The notes below the pieces were generated by a model. It did not search any database, was not told where the DNA came from, and saw only the letters and a program-made list of their open reading frames with translations. Shown in pieces: positions 26,101 to 37,250 of a DNA stretch of 64,000 nucleotides. The first letter of the stretch is position 1. Each line of letters begins with the position of its first letter. Made by a program: the position numbers and the translations under genes. This DNA is from Ylistrum balloti (lineage: Eukaryota), in the NCBI RefSeq assembly GCF_031769215.1, contig NW_026781974.1, positions 558,001 through 622,000 on the forward strand, written 5' to 3'.

Positions 26101-28810
26101 CAACGATCGAAGGATCTAGCTCGTCTGAGTGCTTGACATTTGTTATTCGGTAATCGCGTCCTATCCTTCTTGAATGGAACAGGCGCTTCCCAACGGCCAT
26201 TCTCATCTTTCGCAAATGATTGTTCCATAATCTCAAGAAAGGTACGATCCTCTACCGACAAACCTATTCTCTCGTCCTGATCAGTCTTCTCAAACAAATC
26301 TCTTTATACGGAAAGCTCGTGTTCGCATGGTGAAAACCTAGAATGTCTACCATTTCCTAGTATGTAGCTTTGCATAGTTCGGACTTCAGAAATATGTGCT
26401 CCACCAAAACAAATTTCACCCATCCTAACGGTAGCTTCTGAGCAAAAGGCTGATCCTCTTCTCCCAATATCTGGTCCTCAACAACGTTGGCACGAATAAC
26501 GTCCCTGCCAAGAAGGAGCTCCATGTCAGCATCCTCAATAACATGCGGAATAAGCGGTGCTGCGTGTCTCAGATGGGAATAAAGCATAGCTACCTCGGGA
26601 GATGGAATCTCATCCCTGCTACTAGGAATGTCGTTGCATTCCAACAGACTAGGAATAGCAAGTTCGCAACTTCCGTCGAGAGATTGAATCTTATAGCCAG
26701 TGCACATCCTGCCTGCAGCAGCGACTGCGCCGGAACAAGACACTAGAGTGTAGGGAATATCTTTGCAGGACTCATTGAAACGGTTGAATAATACCGACTT
26801 TCCTAACGATTGATTACTTTGGTCATCGATAGTCGCGTAAACGATGACGGATTCTTCAGGACTGGACTCGCGAATACACGCACTGGAATTATTTTGGCGC
26901 ATGATTTGCTTACGCCGGTGATTTGAGTGCACATTGATTAGCAGTCTCTGCAGGCGTTCTCTCCCCTTCGTAGTTTTGAGAACCTGATGCAGTATTGGGA
27001 TTGAAGACCTGGGAAGAACTTAAGCCTTTCTCTTCATGCAGAGCAGTAGGATAAGTTGCAGCTTGACAGATGTTACACTTGACTTCGGTCTTACAATTTC
27101 TCGCTCGATGTTTCTTTCCAGAACAACAACGGAAACATATACCACTCAAGAGTATGATCTTTTTCCGTTCGTCGATAAACTTTTGTCTAAACGGTCTACA
27201 TTCGTTGAGGACGTGCTTACCGTTCTTGTGAAGCGGACAGATATCAGAGTCCTCAGGCGATTCTTGGGCATTGACCTTCATAACGGTTACGTTTCGCTTT
27301 GTAGAAGATGGCGACTTCGAATTCGGATTGTTTTATCGAGGAGCAGTAGCTTGCCTCTGGTTAGCTACCTTGGATTCATATTGAAAGGTAGGGTCGTTCC
27401 TCATGCTAGCCATGTTCTTATTAAACTTGACGAAGAACTCAAATGGAGGATACAGAACATTTTTCTGTTGCTTATAGCGTGTAGCTTCAGAGGTCCATTT
27501 CTCCTTGACATTCCAAGGTAACTTTTCGACAAGTTCATTCACGCCATTTTTGGAGTCGAAATACGCGAATAACGCTCCAAACTGCGGTTGAGATTTGATA
27601 GAAGTGATCTCCATAGCCAAGTCGGTCAGATCATACAGAAGACGATATTTGTCGACAGTTATGTTCGGAAAGTCTCTAATTCTGCTATGAAGACGAGCTT
27701 CAACCATTTCCGGTGCACCATTGCGCCTTTCAAGTCTCTCCCAGATTTTCTTGCATGCTAGATCTGGATCATGCGCGCTATAACCTTGTATCTTCTTCGC
27801 TTGTATGGAAGATTCTGGACCCAACTTTTCGCACAATAATTCTAACTCCTCGGTCTTGGTAGCCTCCACATCTTTCATTATCCCTTGAAAACTAATTTTC
27901 CAGGAGAGAAACCTCATAGGGTCATCGTCATACTTGGCCAACCTTGTCGTAATCAGTTCTCGTTTTACGAGATGTTTTGTGAATGTGTCGACGATTCCAC
28001 TCTGGGTATCAGCCCGTGTCGGAGCTTTAGGCACAAAGGGGGGATTGCAGGGTCAAGAGTAGAAATTATAGGGTCTGCAGTTTCCGGTCCTAAAGCAGAA
28101 CTTTGCGGCAAGTTCTCCACATAATCTCGGGTACGTTGTGCACTGTTTACCCTACTCGCAACTTCGCTAGGTATTGAATACGGAGGTTCCTTGAGTACAT
28201 TCACTTCTCTTTCAATCATTTCTAAATCACGCTTTGCTCGCAACTGCTTCAGTTGAGCTTTTAAAGCAAATTCTTCCTCCAAATGTTGCAATCATACACG
28301 CTGGGCTTCAAGTTTAGCTTCTTTCCCGCGCAATATTGAACTATCGGCAGTTCTTTGTGAGGAATGGCAAGATCCGGAATGGTGAGATGCGGAACCCGAC
28401 TGTGAAATACACTCACTCTCGGAAGTGTCAAGCTCTAACTGCTGTACATATGCTTTTATTGTTTTTCGTATTGCGTTTGATTTTGCAAAGAACAAGCGTC
28501 TTTCTGTATCTAGTTGCTTGAGTTCAATTACACTTTCGACTGATCTGGTTTTCCGTAAGAAGTCGCGAAATATATCGGCATTTTTGAAGTATGATACTTC
28601 GACAAATGAAACTAGTTTATCGAGAGCTAGTAAAGTATCTTTGTCATTTTTTCCTCGCTCTAAGTCGTCTGGCAGTGACCTTAGCTCATTCTTGATATCG
28701 TTTAACTTCTCATAGTATGTTTTAAACTTATCGTGATACATATCCAAAGCTGGTAATGTCAATGTTCTAGTGCTTAGAGATCTAATACCTGGTTCCGAAT
28801 GAACACTCAT
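23200..28810 (-). pseudogene. BEL/Pao gag-pol, multiply frameshifted
   Basis: Gag (LAKYDDDPMRFLSWK..F), CFRCCSGKKHRARNC, protease YATIDDQSNQS, RT ADVEQMFHNF and NFYVDDG, RNase H HVFSDAS / HTIPRLELCA / FYTDSRVVL, integrase PPFSFVGVDVLGPW / FRSDGGSNFVG, spread over many frames. Confidence 0.93.
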
Positions 28811-28901
28811 GTTGACCTATGGCTCAATGATAACGTCACGAATCTTTTACTGTGCGAGAACAAACAACTCTTTTAGGTTTGATGTTTAATCCATTCTCCA
28901 G

Positions 28902-29068
28902 TGAGGGTAAAAGATTCGTGGTGTATCTCTATGTATTGCACTTTGCAAACATCCGAAAACCGCTCTGAACAAAAAGCGTCAAACATGGCGGCTCATAACA
29001 ATGCTTTCTACGGCGATACTAAATGCCGGAGTCGACCGGCGGAACCGATTGACTTTCCGGATACATCA
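28902..29068 (-). repeat. BEL 5' LTR (shared portion)
   Basis: Direct repeat of 22865-23031. Confidence 0.9.
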
Positions 29069-29159
29069 AAAACCTCAATATTTAAATAATTTACATGAGA
29101 TATTTAAAGAACGCAAATACTTACCCACACTCAACGTAATAAACTTTATATTAAATCAC

Positions 29160-29222
<63 letters not shown>
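29160..29222. repeat. (CAT)21 microsatellite
   Basis: Directly visible. Confidence 0.95.
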
Positions 29223-29224
<2 letters not shown>

Positions 29225-29448
29225 ATTGATCATTAAATGTTAATTAATTTGCAAAACATAATTTGTTACAGATGCAAGGGTCCTGTTAGAAGCTGCTTCA
29301 ATTGTGAATAATGACAATAAGTTGACGCCACTATAAAAGACAACGTGCTGACGAGTGGACGAAAGTTCTCTGTTATTCACAAGGACTTCCTGGTTGGTAA
29401 ATGTGAAAATGAACTTGTCAGCGTAGTTTTTAAGTTTCCTTGTCAAAA

Positions 29449-30600
29449 ATGTTTCGTTTCAAGTGTGGAGCTATGATGCGACAGATGTGTAGATGTTGTT
29501 GTAATTCCATGAATGCCATTTCCTTTGTGGTCCCTTTTCCGTCGCTGCTTCGTCATAAGGTAACGCTGGTAATTATTGTGATACTGGTGGTAATGCTATC
29601 CGTCCTTCATACCATAGACGGTGATATAAAACCTTCATTCACAGTCAGAAGAGAAGATAACCATAACATAGAAGCCTGGAAGCACAGTATGCCGGGAAGA
29701 CCGTTTTTCATACAACATAGGAATATCTTTACATTAGCCGACAAGAAAACTGTGAATTCATCCACGGAAATAGACGAGGATTTAGAGGTAGTTAATCCAC
29801 ACCCTTTCCGGTATATAAATAATCCTGGTCATTGTCAATTTACCAGTGAAAATCGTCGGACATTATTGGTTATTGTGAAATCTACAGTACGCAATATTTT
29901 ACTGCGACAGGCTATACGGAAGACATGGGCCAATATCAGTGAAAGCAACGTTAAGACAGTGTTCATGCTAGGACGTAACAGTTCCCGACTCGTTCAACAG
30001 GAAATCATTGACGAAGAGGCCAAACAGTTTCAAGATATAGTTCAAGAAGACTTTATAGATGCTTATATGAACAACACTCTTAAATCTATCATGTCATTTA
30101 ACTGGGCAACTCAATATTGTCGAAGCGCCCAATTTCTCTTTTTTGTAGATGATGACTTTATTGTTGACCTACCTAAAATTCTTAATTACATTTATTCCAT
30201 TCCGCAGACTGATGTTCAGTCAATATTCACAGGACAGAGAATTGCCAGGCCTGTAGATAGAAACGAACATTCCAAATGGGGTTTGTCGTGGGATGTATTC
30301 CCTCATAAATATTGGCCTCCGTACCTAGCAGGCGGTGCGTATCTCAGCAGTATGTCAGTCGCCAGAAAATTTACCTATGCATTCCCTTATATACGTCGTT
30401 TAGGTATAGATGACGCGTGGTTAGGTATTATTGCTAGAAACGTACAGGTCAGTCCACAAGATCATCATTTCTTTCATAATGCTGGCAGGTACTCTCACTT
30501 AGCTCTGGTATATCAGTGCTGCCATACTCCAAAGGAGATGATAAACACCTGGTGGCAATATACACACAACGCAACCTTTCAAATCGGGAAACTTGTCTGA
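29449..30600 (+). CDS. GT31 beta-1,3-glycosyltransferase, brainiac-like, type II membrane protein
   Basis: TM segment VTLVIIVILVVMLSVL; GT31 motifs LLVIVKS...LRQAIRKTW, VFMLG, DIVQEDFIDAYMNNTLKS, FVDDD, PPYLAGGAY, IDDAWLG. Start may be 29449 or 29473. Confidence 0.93.
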   Translation: MFRFKCGAMMRQMCRCCCNSMNAISFVVPFPSLLRHKVTLVIIVILVVMLSVLHTIDGDIKPSFTVRREDNHNIEAWKHSMPGRPFFIQHRNIFTLADKKTVNSSTEIDEDLEVVNPHPFRYINNPGHCQFTSENRRTLLVIVKSTVRNILLRQAIRKTWANISESNVKTVFMLGRNSSRLVQQEIIDEEAKQFQDIVQEDFIDAYMNNTLKSIMSFNWATQYCRSAQFLFFVDDDFIVDLPKILNYIYSIPQTDVQSIFTGQRIARPVDRNEHSKWGLSWDVFPHKYWPPYLAGGAYLSSMSVARKFTYAFPYIRRLGIDDAWLGIIARNVQVSPQDHHFFHNAGRYSHLALVYQCCHTPKEMINTWWQYTHNATFQIGKLV

Positions 30601-30886
30601 GCTATCTATCCCTTTGTCAATCGCAATTATATATATATATATATTATTTTTTCTTTATATAATTTGGTATTTGTTTTTTGTTTTGTTTTTGTTTTTGTTT
30701 ATATCGTGGTATTGTGATATCAGTATTGCTGTATATATAGAGAGCATGTCATGATAGTTTGATACTACAGTCCGTCAAATGTCCCCAATCACAAGAACTT
30801 GGCATGAATTCCCGACTCACGGATCATAAAGTGACAAGAGTTGTAACTCGCACATAAATTATTCTTGCCGAATATTTGTCAGTTTC

Positions 30887-31149
30887 NNNNNNNNNNNNNN
30901 NNNNNNNNNNNNNNNNNNNNNNNNNNNNNNNNNNNNNNNNNNNNNNNNNNNNNNNNNNNNNNNNNNNNNNNNNNNNNNNNNNNNNNNNNNNNNNNNNNNN
31001 NNNNNNNNNNNNNNNNNNNNNNNNNNNNNNNNNNNNNNNNNNNNNNNNNNNNNNNNNNNNNNNNNNNNNNNNNNNNNNNNNNNNNNNNNNNNNNNNNNNN
31101 NNNNNNNNNNNNNNNNNNNNNNNNNNNNNNNNNNNNNNNNNNNNNNNNN
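30887..31149. other. Assembly gap (263 N)
   Basis: Run of N characters. Confidence 1.
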
Positions 31150-32201
31150 ATAACTATCCACTGAGTAGTATGTTTGGAAGTTGTATTTTCAATTTTACAT
31201 TCTAATAAAAATGTTTCAGAACCATTACATCCTTTAGTCCATTTAAGTTATGAAAATTAAAAGCGTGAATTTTAAACTTATAGTGGACGTTTATTAAATG
31301 TACACTTGTACTGCAGTCAAAGTTCAAAGATAACTTTCAAAAATAAGTTCACATAATATTTGAAAGCTTTTAATTCGATTATTTCCAGAGTTATTGCCCT
31401 TCGTTTCACTCCGTCAAGTGGTAAAGCGATAAGCTTGACAGCCGAAGGGGGCAAAGAATACCAATTCGACCAGAACTACAACGAATTTAAGATGAGTATG
31501 AATAAAAATAAAAGGATGCCAGCGGAGATTTTCCAATTATGGGAAGAGATTACCCATTAGAGCGAGGAAGTCTGAGTCAGTTAAGTTGTGAAGAACAAAA
31601 TAAAATAACAGAGAAGCCATTGCAATAATGGTAAAAGCGAACTGTGTCCGTATCGCTTTACACCAATAAGAAAAAATGGTTTTGATCTAGCTAGACAACG
31701 GTTCATAGTTTTTGCTTGTAGTTCCACTCGTTTATCATCTAGTGGAAAACAAGAAAATATCAACTTGTCAATATAATCATAATCCAAGCTCAAATTCAAT
31801 AAACAAGAAAATACCGAAATGTCAACATAATCATATTCCAAACTCAAATTCAATAAAACTATGACAAAATATAGAAAAAAATACACGAAGATGTCTGAAA
31901 AAGTACAAGGAGAATGAGGCAAAGTGTTTCAGAAAAGTAAGCGTCTTCTGCTTCATCAACGACACCTGTTATGTAAATCATGGTCAATATAAGTAAGTAA
32001 TGTCACGTTCTCCTATGAGAACAAGGTATACAACAGTGGAACCAACATGCAAACCAACGAGCATGAACGAATCATATTTTTGTTCTAATTCTAGATTTGG
32101 ATTGAAAGGTGGTATTAACTTGTCTTTGTCGTCTGAGATTGCATGACGTTCGCACTGCTGGTGTACTTTTATTACCGGGAAATTTGTTCCGAAGCACCAT
32201 C

Positions 32202-32403
32202 TGTAATGTTTGTAGAATCATACTAGTCTGGGGCGGTTGCTGTTTCTATCCAACAGTGTTTAGTGTTACCAATTTGTATGTGTATTGCGCATGCTCATTA
32301 TTGTTGTTGATGACTGCCCGCCATTTTGGAATAAACATGAAACCATGTGCTCCTCGTTTGTTCCCGTAAATCAGCTAATACAAGCCTTGCCTCGGACATT
32401 TCA
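32202..32403 (+). repeat. Gypsy 5' LTR
   Basis: TGTAATGTTT...GGACATTTCA; contains AATAAA. Confidence 0.98.
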
Positions 32404-32404
32404 G

Positions 32405-32417
32405 TGGCGACGAGGAT
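32405..32417 (+). promoter_or_regulatory. Primer-binding site, probably tRNA-Ser(GCU)
   Basis: TGGCGACGAGGAT one base after the LTR; complementary to ...ATCCTCGTCG-CCA, the 3' end of animal tRNA-Ser(GCU) as recalled from vertebrate sequence. Confidence 0.8.
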
Positions 32418-32548
32418 TTCCGGTGCATCGAAGCTGAAGACAACGGCAGTACGGTAAACCAAAAACTCTGTAATTATACTAGAAAGCCATTATTCACCGA
32501 CAGCCAAATGGCGAAAGTTTTCACGCACAGGGGCACGTAAACTTGATC

Positions 32549-35500
32549 ATGGCAGTGTACGGTAAAATTGAATCATTCGATTTTGAAATGAACTGGGATG
32601 AGTATGTAGAGAGAGTAGAGCAGTATTTTATAGCTAATGGAGTGGAGGACGCAGACAAACAACGGTCGATATTGTTGACGGTTATGGGTCAGAAAATGTA
32701 TGGACTAGTGCGAAACCTCACATCTCCCGCAAAGCCCTCCGCCAAAACATATGATGAATTAAAGACACTCATTTCTCAGCATTTAAAGCCGAAACCTCTC
32801 ATTATAGCAGAACGCTTTAAATTTTATCAACGAAATCAACATTCGAATGAAACTGTATGTCAATATGTGGCTGGATTGAGACGGCTCAGTGAACATTGTG
32901 AATTTGGTGCATTTCTAGATGATGCGTTGAGAGACAGGTTTGTGTCGGGTTTGTCTTCCATCCCTACACAACGGAAACTCCTAACCGAAGCTACTCTGAC
33001 AATGACTAAAGCAAGAGAGATAGCAGTGAGTATGGAAATGGCTGAAAATGAGGCCCGGAAGTTAAAGGGTGACAGAGTGGATAAAGCTGAAAAAGTTCAC
33101 AAATTTCAAGCGTCAAAAGAATGTTTCCGCTGTGGTAAGTCTAATCATAGCGCAGACAGATGTTTCTACAAGAACAGTAAGTGTCATACATGTAAGGAAG
33201 TAGGACATTTACACAAGAGATGCCCAAAATCCAAAACCTCTAGAGATAAACCTGGTAACTCCAAAAATCAAGGTACTGGTGGTACTAGATGTAATACTGA
33301 TTCAGCCAGGCCAACAAAGGGGGACTCAAAGAAACATAAGAAGAGTTCGAAGATTCATTTCATTGAGGATTCAGACCAGGAGGATGTTTCGGAAGTATGG
33401 CCGATATTCTCTATAAAGTCCACAGGGCAAAAGGAAATAAGAATTTCTGTTGACATTGAAAAGATAGCTCAAACGATGGAGCTTGACACCGGTTCACCAG
33501 TTTCATTGATATCTGATAAGGATTTCAGAGCTAAATTCCAGGGAAAATTCAACCTACAAAACAGCTCGACAATGTTGAAAACATATACTGGTGAAGTATT
33601 ACCAGTGTTGGGTGAGGCTAACGTCAAAGTGTCTTATGAGGGACAGACCAAACTTTTACCATTGCTTGTTGTGGAAGGTGATGGACCAGCATTATTTGGA
33701 AGGAATTGGTTAGGACAACTTCGACTTAACTGGAAAACAATAAACATGATGTCTATCAACGAACAGAAATATTCAGTGTTTGAGGACAAGTTAGGCACGG
33801 TCAAGGGGATCACAGCATCAATCAAGCTCAAGGACAATGCCCAACCTAAGTTTTTCAAGGCCAGAACTGTACCTTATGCGCTGAAAGACCAGATAGGTGC
33901 AGAACTTCTCAGTTTAGAGAATGCAGGCATAGTGGAAAAGGTGGACAGTTCAGAGTGGGCAACACCCATTGTGCCAGTCATGAAACCAGACGGTTCAGTT
34001 AGAATTTGTGGTGATTTCAAGATTACCATAAATCCGGTGCTAGAAGTACCCGAATATCCCCTGCCAACAAGTGAAGAGCTATTCACAAAGCTTAACGGAG
34101 GACAAAAATTCTCAAAGTTGGATTTAACTCAAGCTTACAACCAGGTACTACTTGATGAAGAGTCTAGAAAATATGTGACCATCAACACCCATCTTGGATT
34201 GTACAGGTACACCAGACTTCCATTTGGTGTAGCATCTGCGCCAGCTATATTTCAGCGTACCATGGAAACTGTACTACAGGGATTGGATGGTGTCGGTTGT
34301 ATCCTGGATGATGTTTTTGTAACCGGAAAAGATGATGTTACCCATCAGCAAAATCTGGATGCTTCACTCAAGCGTTTAGATGACTATGGAGTCAAACTAA
34401 AGAAAACTAAGTGTTTCTTCATGAAAGAGGAGGTGGAATATTTTGCTTTTGTAGTGAACAAAGAGGGGATCCACCCATCACCACAAAAAATTGAGGCTAT
34501 TCTACAGTTAAAAGATCCTCAAAACAAGAAGGAGCTTCAGGCATGGTTAGGGATTGTTAACTATTACCGGAAGTTTATACCTGACATGTCTACCATTGTA
34601 CAACCACTCACAAAACTACTGGCTGACAAAATTGAATGGAATTGGACAGTAGATTGTCATTCAGCATGTGTGAAAATCAAAGAACTGTTAGTCTCATCAG
34701 AGGTATTGATTCACTATGACCCAGAAAAGCCTGTAACATTGGCAGTTGATGCATCTTCGTATGGCCTAGGAGCAGTGATCTCTCACACAATTGGGAACGA
34801 TGACCGACCGATCGCACACGCATCACGCACACTCACTTCTGCTGAGAAAAACTATTCTCAAACTGAGAAGGAAGCATTAGCGATTATATACGGGGTCCGC
34901 AAGTTTCATCAGTATCTCTACGGCCGAAAGTTCACATTGTTGACGGACCATAAACCTTTGACATTGATACTAGGTCCAAAGAAGGGTATTCCTGTACTAG
35001 CAACTTCACGATTGCAACGGTGGTCTATCCAGTTGTCTTCATATCAGTTTGACATCAAGTATAGATCAACAACTCAGAACGGGAATGCTGACACCTTATC
35101 CCGTTTCCCTATCGATTCGGAGGATTGTACGGAATTGGACCAGGAAGCCGCAAAGGTGAACAAAATTCAGTTGAACAAATTACCTATCACCGCAGCTCAG
35201 ATTGCTATGGCAACAAAAAATGATCCTGTTTTGTCAAGAGTGATGTATTTTGTCACTAATGGATGGTCACATGAAAAGCCAGAAAATGAGTTACTTCCCT
35301 TTTACCGCGTTCAGGAGGAAATGACGGTAGAGGAAGGGTGTTTATTAAGAGGAATCCGAGTGATTGTTCCTGATCGATACCGGGATGACATTTTGAATGA
35401 GTTACATGTTAACCATCCTGGAATGGTTAGGATGAAGGCATTGGCTAGATTGTTTGTGTGGTGGCCAAACTTAGATATGGACATAGAAACAAGGGTGGCA

Positions 35501-36577
35501 AAGTGTGAAAGTTGTAGGAAACAATTACCAAACATGCCACAGTCACGCTCAAACCCATGGTTATGGCCGAACAAGCCTTGGGAACGTGTACATATTGACT
35601 ACGCAGGACCATTCTTAAACAACATGTTCTTAGTCGTTGTGGATGCCCATTCCAAATGGCTGGATGTTGTAAGAATGTCGTCAACGAGCGCTGAGAGCAC
35701 CATCAACGCGCTTCGATACATGTTTTCCTCATATGGACTACCGAAAGAGGTAGTATCAGACAATGGACCTCAGTTTGTAGCGGCTGAGTTTGAATCTTTC
35801 CTAAAGAAAAACGGTATTAAGCATACCAAATCAGCGCCATACCACCCAAGTTCAAATGGTGAAGCCGAACGTGCAGTTAGAACCTTTAAGACTGGGATGA
35901 AAAACTTGGAAGATGAGGAAGGAACATTAAACCAGAAGCTGGCATCATTCCTATTGTCATACAGGACAACTCCTCATACTTTGACCAAGGTCACACCAGC
36001 TGAGTTATTCATGGGCAGGAAGCTCAGAACTCGTTTGGACATTATAAGACCAAATTTGAAACAGTCAGTTCAATTACGAAATCAACAACATGTCAAGAAA
36101 GATCGCACAATGGAGGTTGGAGACTTGGTTATGGTACATGACTACAGAGGTCAAAAGCGGAAACCATCATGGGTTCGTGGACTTATTCTGCAGAAGCTAG
36201 GACCAGTTACCTACACCGTACAGGTTGGAGAATTACAGTGGAAAAGACATATTGATCAGATGAGAGCATGTCATCCAGATTGTGTTGTGGATGATTATCA
36301 AAACAAGTCGCATTTGCAGGATATCATTGACTTACCATCGTATTTTCCTCGCGAAGAGATAACGCGTGCACCTATGGTTCCTTCAAGTGAGTCGATCACT
36401 CCATCTATGATTTCATCTCCAACTCTCAAACGCTCTATTACAAATGAGAGTCGCGAAACCATGCCAAAGACTGTGGAATCTATTCCTTCATGTGATAAAT
36501 CTGGATCCATGGCAACAGAGTCGCGATTTCCGCGTCGTGAACGTTCAAAACCAAACAGGTTAATCGAAACCATGTGA
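32549..36577 (+). CDS. Gypsy gag-pol polyprotein, about 1342 aa from first ATG
   Basis: Two CCHC knuckles (CFRCGKSNHSADRC, CHTCKEVGHLHKRC), protease LDTGS, RT (RLPFG...CILDD), RNase H (VDASSYG, EKEALA, TDHKPL), integrase HHCC plus VHIDYAG, SDNGPQF, NGEAER; RT-RH-INT order. Confidence 0.98.
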   Translation: MAVYGKIESFDFEMNWDEYVERVEQYFIANGVEDADKQRSILLTVMGQKMYGLVRNLTSPAKPSAKTYDELKTLISQHLKPKPLIIAERFKFYQRNQHSNETVCQYVAGLRRLSEHCEFGAFLDDALRDRFVSGLSSIPTQRKLLTEATLTMTKAREIAVSMEMAENEARKLKGDRVDKAEKVHKFQASKECFRCGKSNHSADRCFYKNSKCHTCKEVGHLHKRCPKSKTSRDKPGNSKNQGTGGTRCNTDSARPTKGDSKKHKKSSKIHFIEDSDQEDVSEVWPIFSIKSTGQKEIRISVDIEKIAQTMELDTGSPVSLISDKDFRAKFQGKFNLQNSSTMLKTYTGEVLPVLGEANVKVSYEGQTKLLPLLVVEGDGPALFGRNWLGQLRLNWKTINMMSINEQKYSVFEDKLGTVKGITASIKLKDNAQPKFFKARTVPYALKDQIGAELLSLENAGIVEKVDSSEWATPIVPVMKPDGSVRICGDFKITINPVLEVPEYPLPTSEELFTKLNGGQKFSKLDLTQAYNQVLLDEESRKYVTINTHLGLYRYTRLPFGVASAPAIFQRTMETVLQGLDGVGCILDDVFVTGKDDVTHQQNLDASLKRLDDYGVKLKKTKCFFMKEEVEYFAFVVNKEGIHPSPQKIEAILQLKDPQNKKELQAWLGIVNYYRKFIPDMSTIVQPLTKLLADKIEWNWTVDCHSACVKIKELLVSSEVLIHYDPEKPVTLAVDASSYGLGAVISHTIGNDDRPIAHASRTLTSAEKNYSQTEKEALAIIYGVRKFHQYLYGRKFTLLTDHKPLTLILGPKKGIPVLATSRLQRWSIQLSSYQFDIKYRSTTQNGNADTLSRFPIDSEDCTELDQEAAKVNKIQLNKLPITAAQIAMATKNDPVLSRVMYFVTNGWSHEKPENELLPFYRVQEEMTVEEGCLLRGIRVIVPDRYRDDILNELHVNHPGMVRMKALARLFVWWPNLDMDIETRVAKCESCRKQLPNMPQSRSNPWLWPNKPWERVHIDYAGPFLNNMFLVVVDAHSKWLDVVRMSSTSAESTINALRYMFSSYGLPKEVVSDNGPQFVAAEFESFLKKNGIKHTKSAPYHPSSNGEAERAVRTFKTGMKNLEDEEGTLNQKLASFLLSYRTTPHTLTKVTPAELFMGRKLRTRLDIIRPNLKQSVQLRNQQHVKKDRTMEVGDLVMVHDYRGQKRKPSWVRGLILQKLGPVTYTVQVGELQWKRHIDQMRACHPDCVVDDYQNKSHLQDIIDLPSYFPREEITRAPMVPSSESITPSMISSPTLKRSITNESRETMPKTVESIPSCDKSGSMATESRFPRRERSKPNRLIETM

Positions 36578-36777
36578 CAGTTAAAAGTTGAACTGGAACT
36601 GTTATATTGTGCAACTGTAGTGATTTAATGACAGTTAAAATTATACCGAAAGTATAATAATTATGTTAAATTGTGTTCAGATTTTGAAAGACTGATTTTC
36701 ATGAACTGTGTGAAAAACATGTTTTGTTCTAGTGAAATTACCTTTAAATACTAATTACAGCCAGTAATTATATTCTT

Positions 36778-36792
36778 AAAGGGGGGGGGGAG
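36778..36792 (+). promoter_or_regulatory. Polypurine tract of Gypsy element
   Basis: AAAGGGGGGGGGGAG directly before the 3' LTR. Confidence 0.9.
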
Positions 36793-36994
36793 TGTAATGT
36801 TTGTAGAATCATACTAGTCTGGGGCGGTTGCTGTTTCTATCCAACAGTGTTTAGTGTTACCAATTTGTATGTGTATTGCGCATGCTCATTATTGTTGTTG
36901 ATGACTGCCCGCCATTTTGGAATAAACATGAAACCATGTGCTCCTCGTTTGTTCCCGTAAATCAGCTAATACAAGCCTTGCCTCGGACATTTCA
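36793..36994 (+). repeat. Gypsy 3' LTR
   Basis: No difference from the 5' LTR seen by eye. Confidence 0.98.
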
Positions 36995-36999
36995 CCATC

Positions 37000-37250
37000 G
37001 AGGCAATTTTGTGTAAAAGATGGGTCTTCTCCCTGGCTGCAGAGGGGCAGGGCTCAAAAGCGGATATACAAATATCATTTTAAATATCTTTTTTTTTTGT
37101 CGAAATTGTAAAGAGGACTCAATTTTCATTTGAAAAGTGAATCTGGCCATTTTGGGCGCAAGAGGTGGAATAAAGAAATACTTGTAAAATCCTTCGTCTT
37201 CAGCAAGTATAACAGGATATTGTCCAAATTTCTTTCTTAACATCCTTGAA
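37000..37250. mobile_element. Relic of bivalve-type Helentron/HINE-like repeat flanking the Gypsy insertion
   Basis: GGCCATTTTGGG, CAGAGGGGCAGGG and AAAATCCTTCGTCTTCA motifs resemble those at 45330-45600; family by recognition only. Confidence 0.35.

Larger units (their letters stand above)
22865..29068 (-). mobile_element. BEL/Pao LTR retrotransposon, decayed
   Basis: 167-bp TG..CA direct repeats at both ends; polypurine tract AGAAGGGGAGTG before the 3' LTR; fragmented gag-pol in order gag, Cys/His knuckles, protease, RT, RNase H, integrase. Confidence 0.95.
32202..36994 (+). mobile_element. Intact Ty3/Gypsy LTR retrotransposon
   Basis: Identical 202-bp TG..CA LTRs, 5-bp TSD CCATC (32197-32201 and 36995-36999), PBS, PPT, uninterrupted gag-pol. 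Confidence 0.99.

Noticed and set aside
23490-28715. Plus-strand ORFs over the BEL element
   Set aside because: Antisense shadows of the gag-pol coding strand.
29001-29243. Poly-histidine ORF
   Set aside because: Translation of the (CAT)n microsatellite starting in an LTR.
30859-31205. ORFs spanning the N run
   Set aside because: Artefacts of the assembly gap.
31385-31460. Imperfect hairpin TTGCCCTTCG...GTCAAG...CTTGAC...CGAAGGGGGCAA as a structured ncRNA
   Set aside because: Single degenerate copy; more likely a palindromic repeat relic; no family support.
33634-36573. Minus-strand ORFs within the Gypsy element
   Set aside because: Antisense to the intact polyprotein; no domains.
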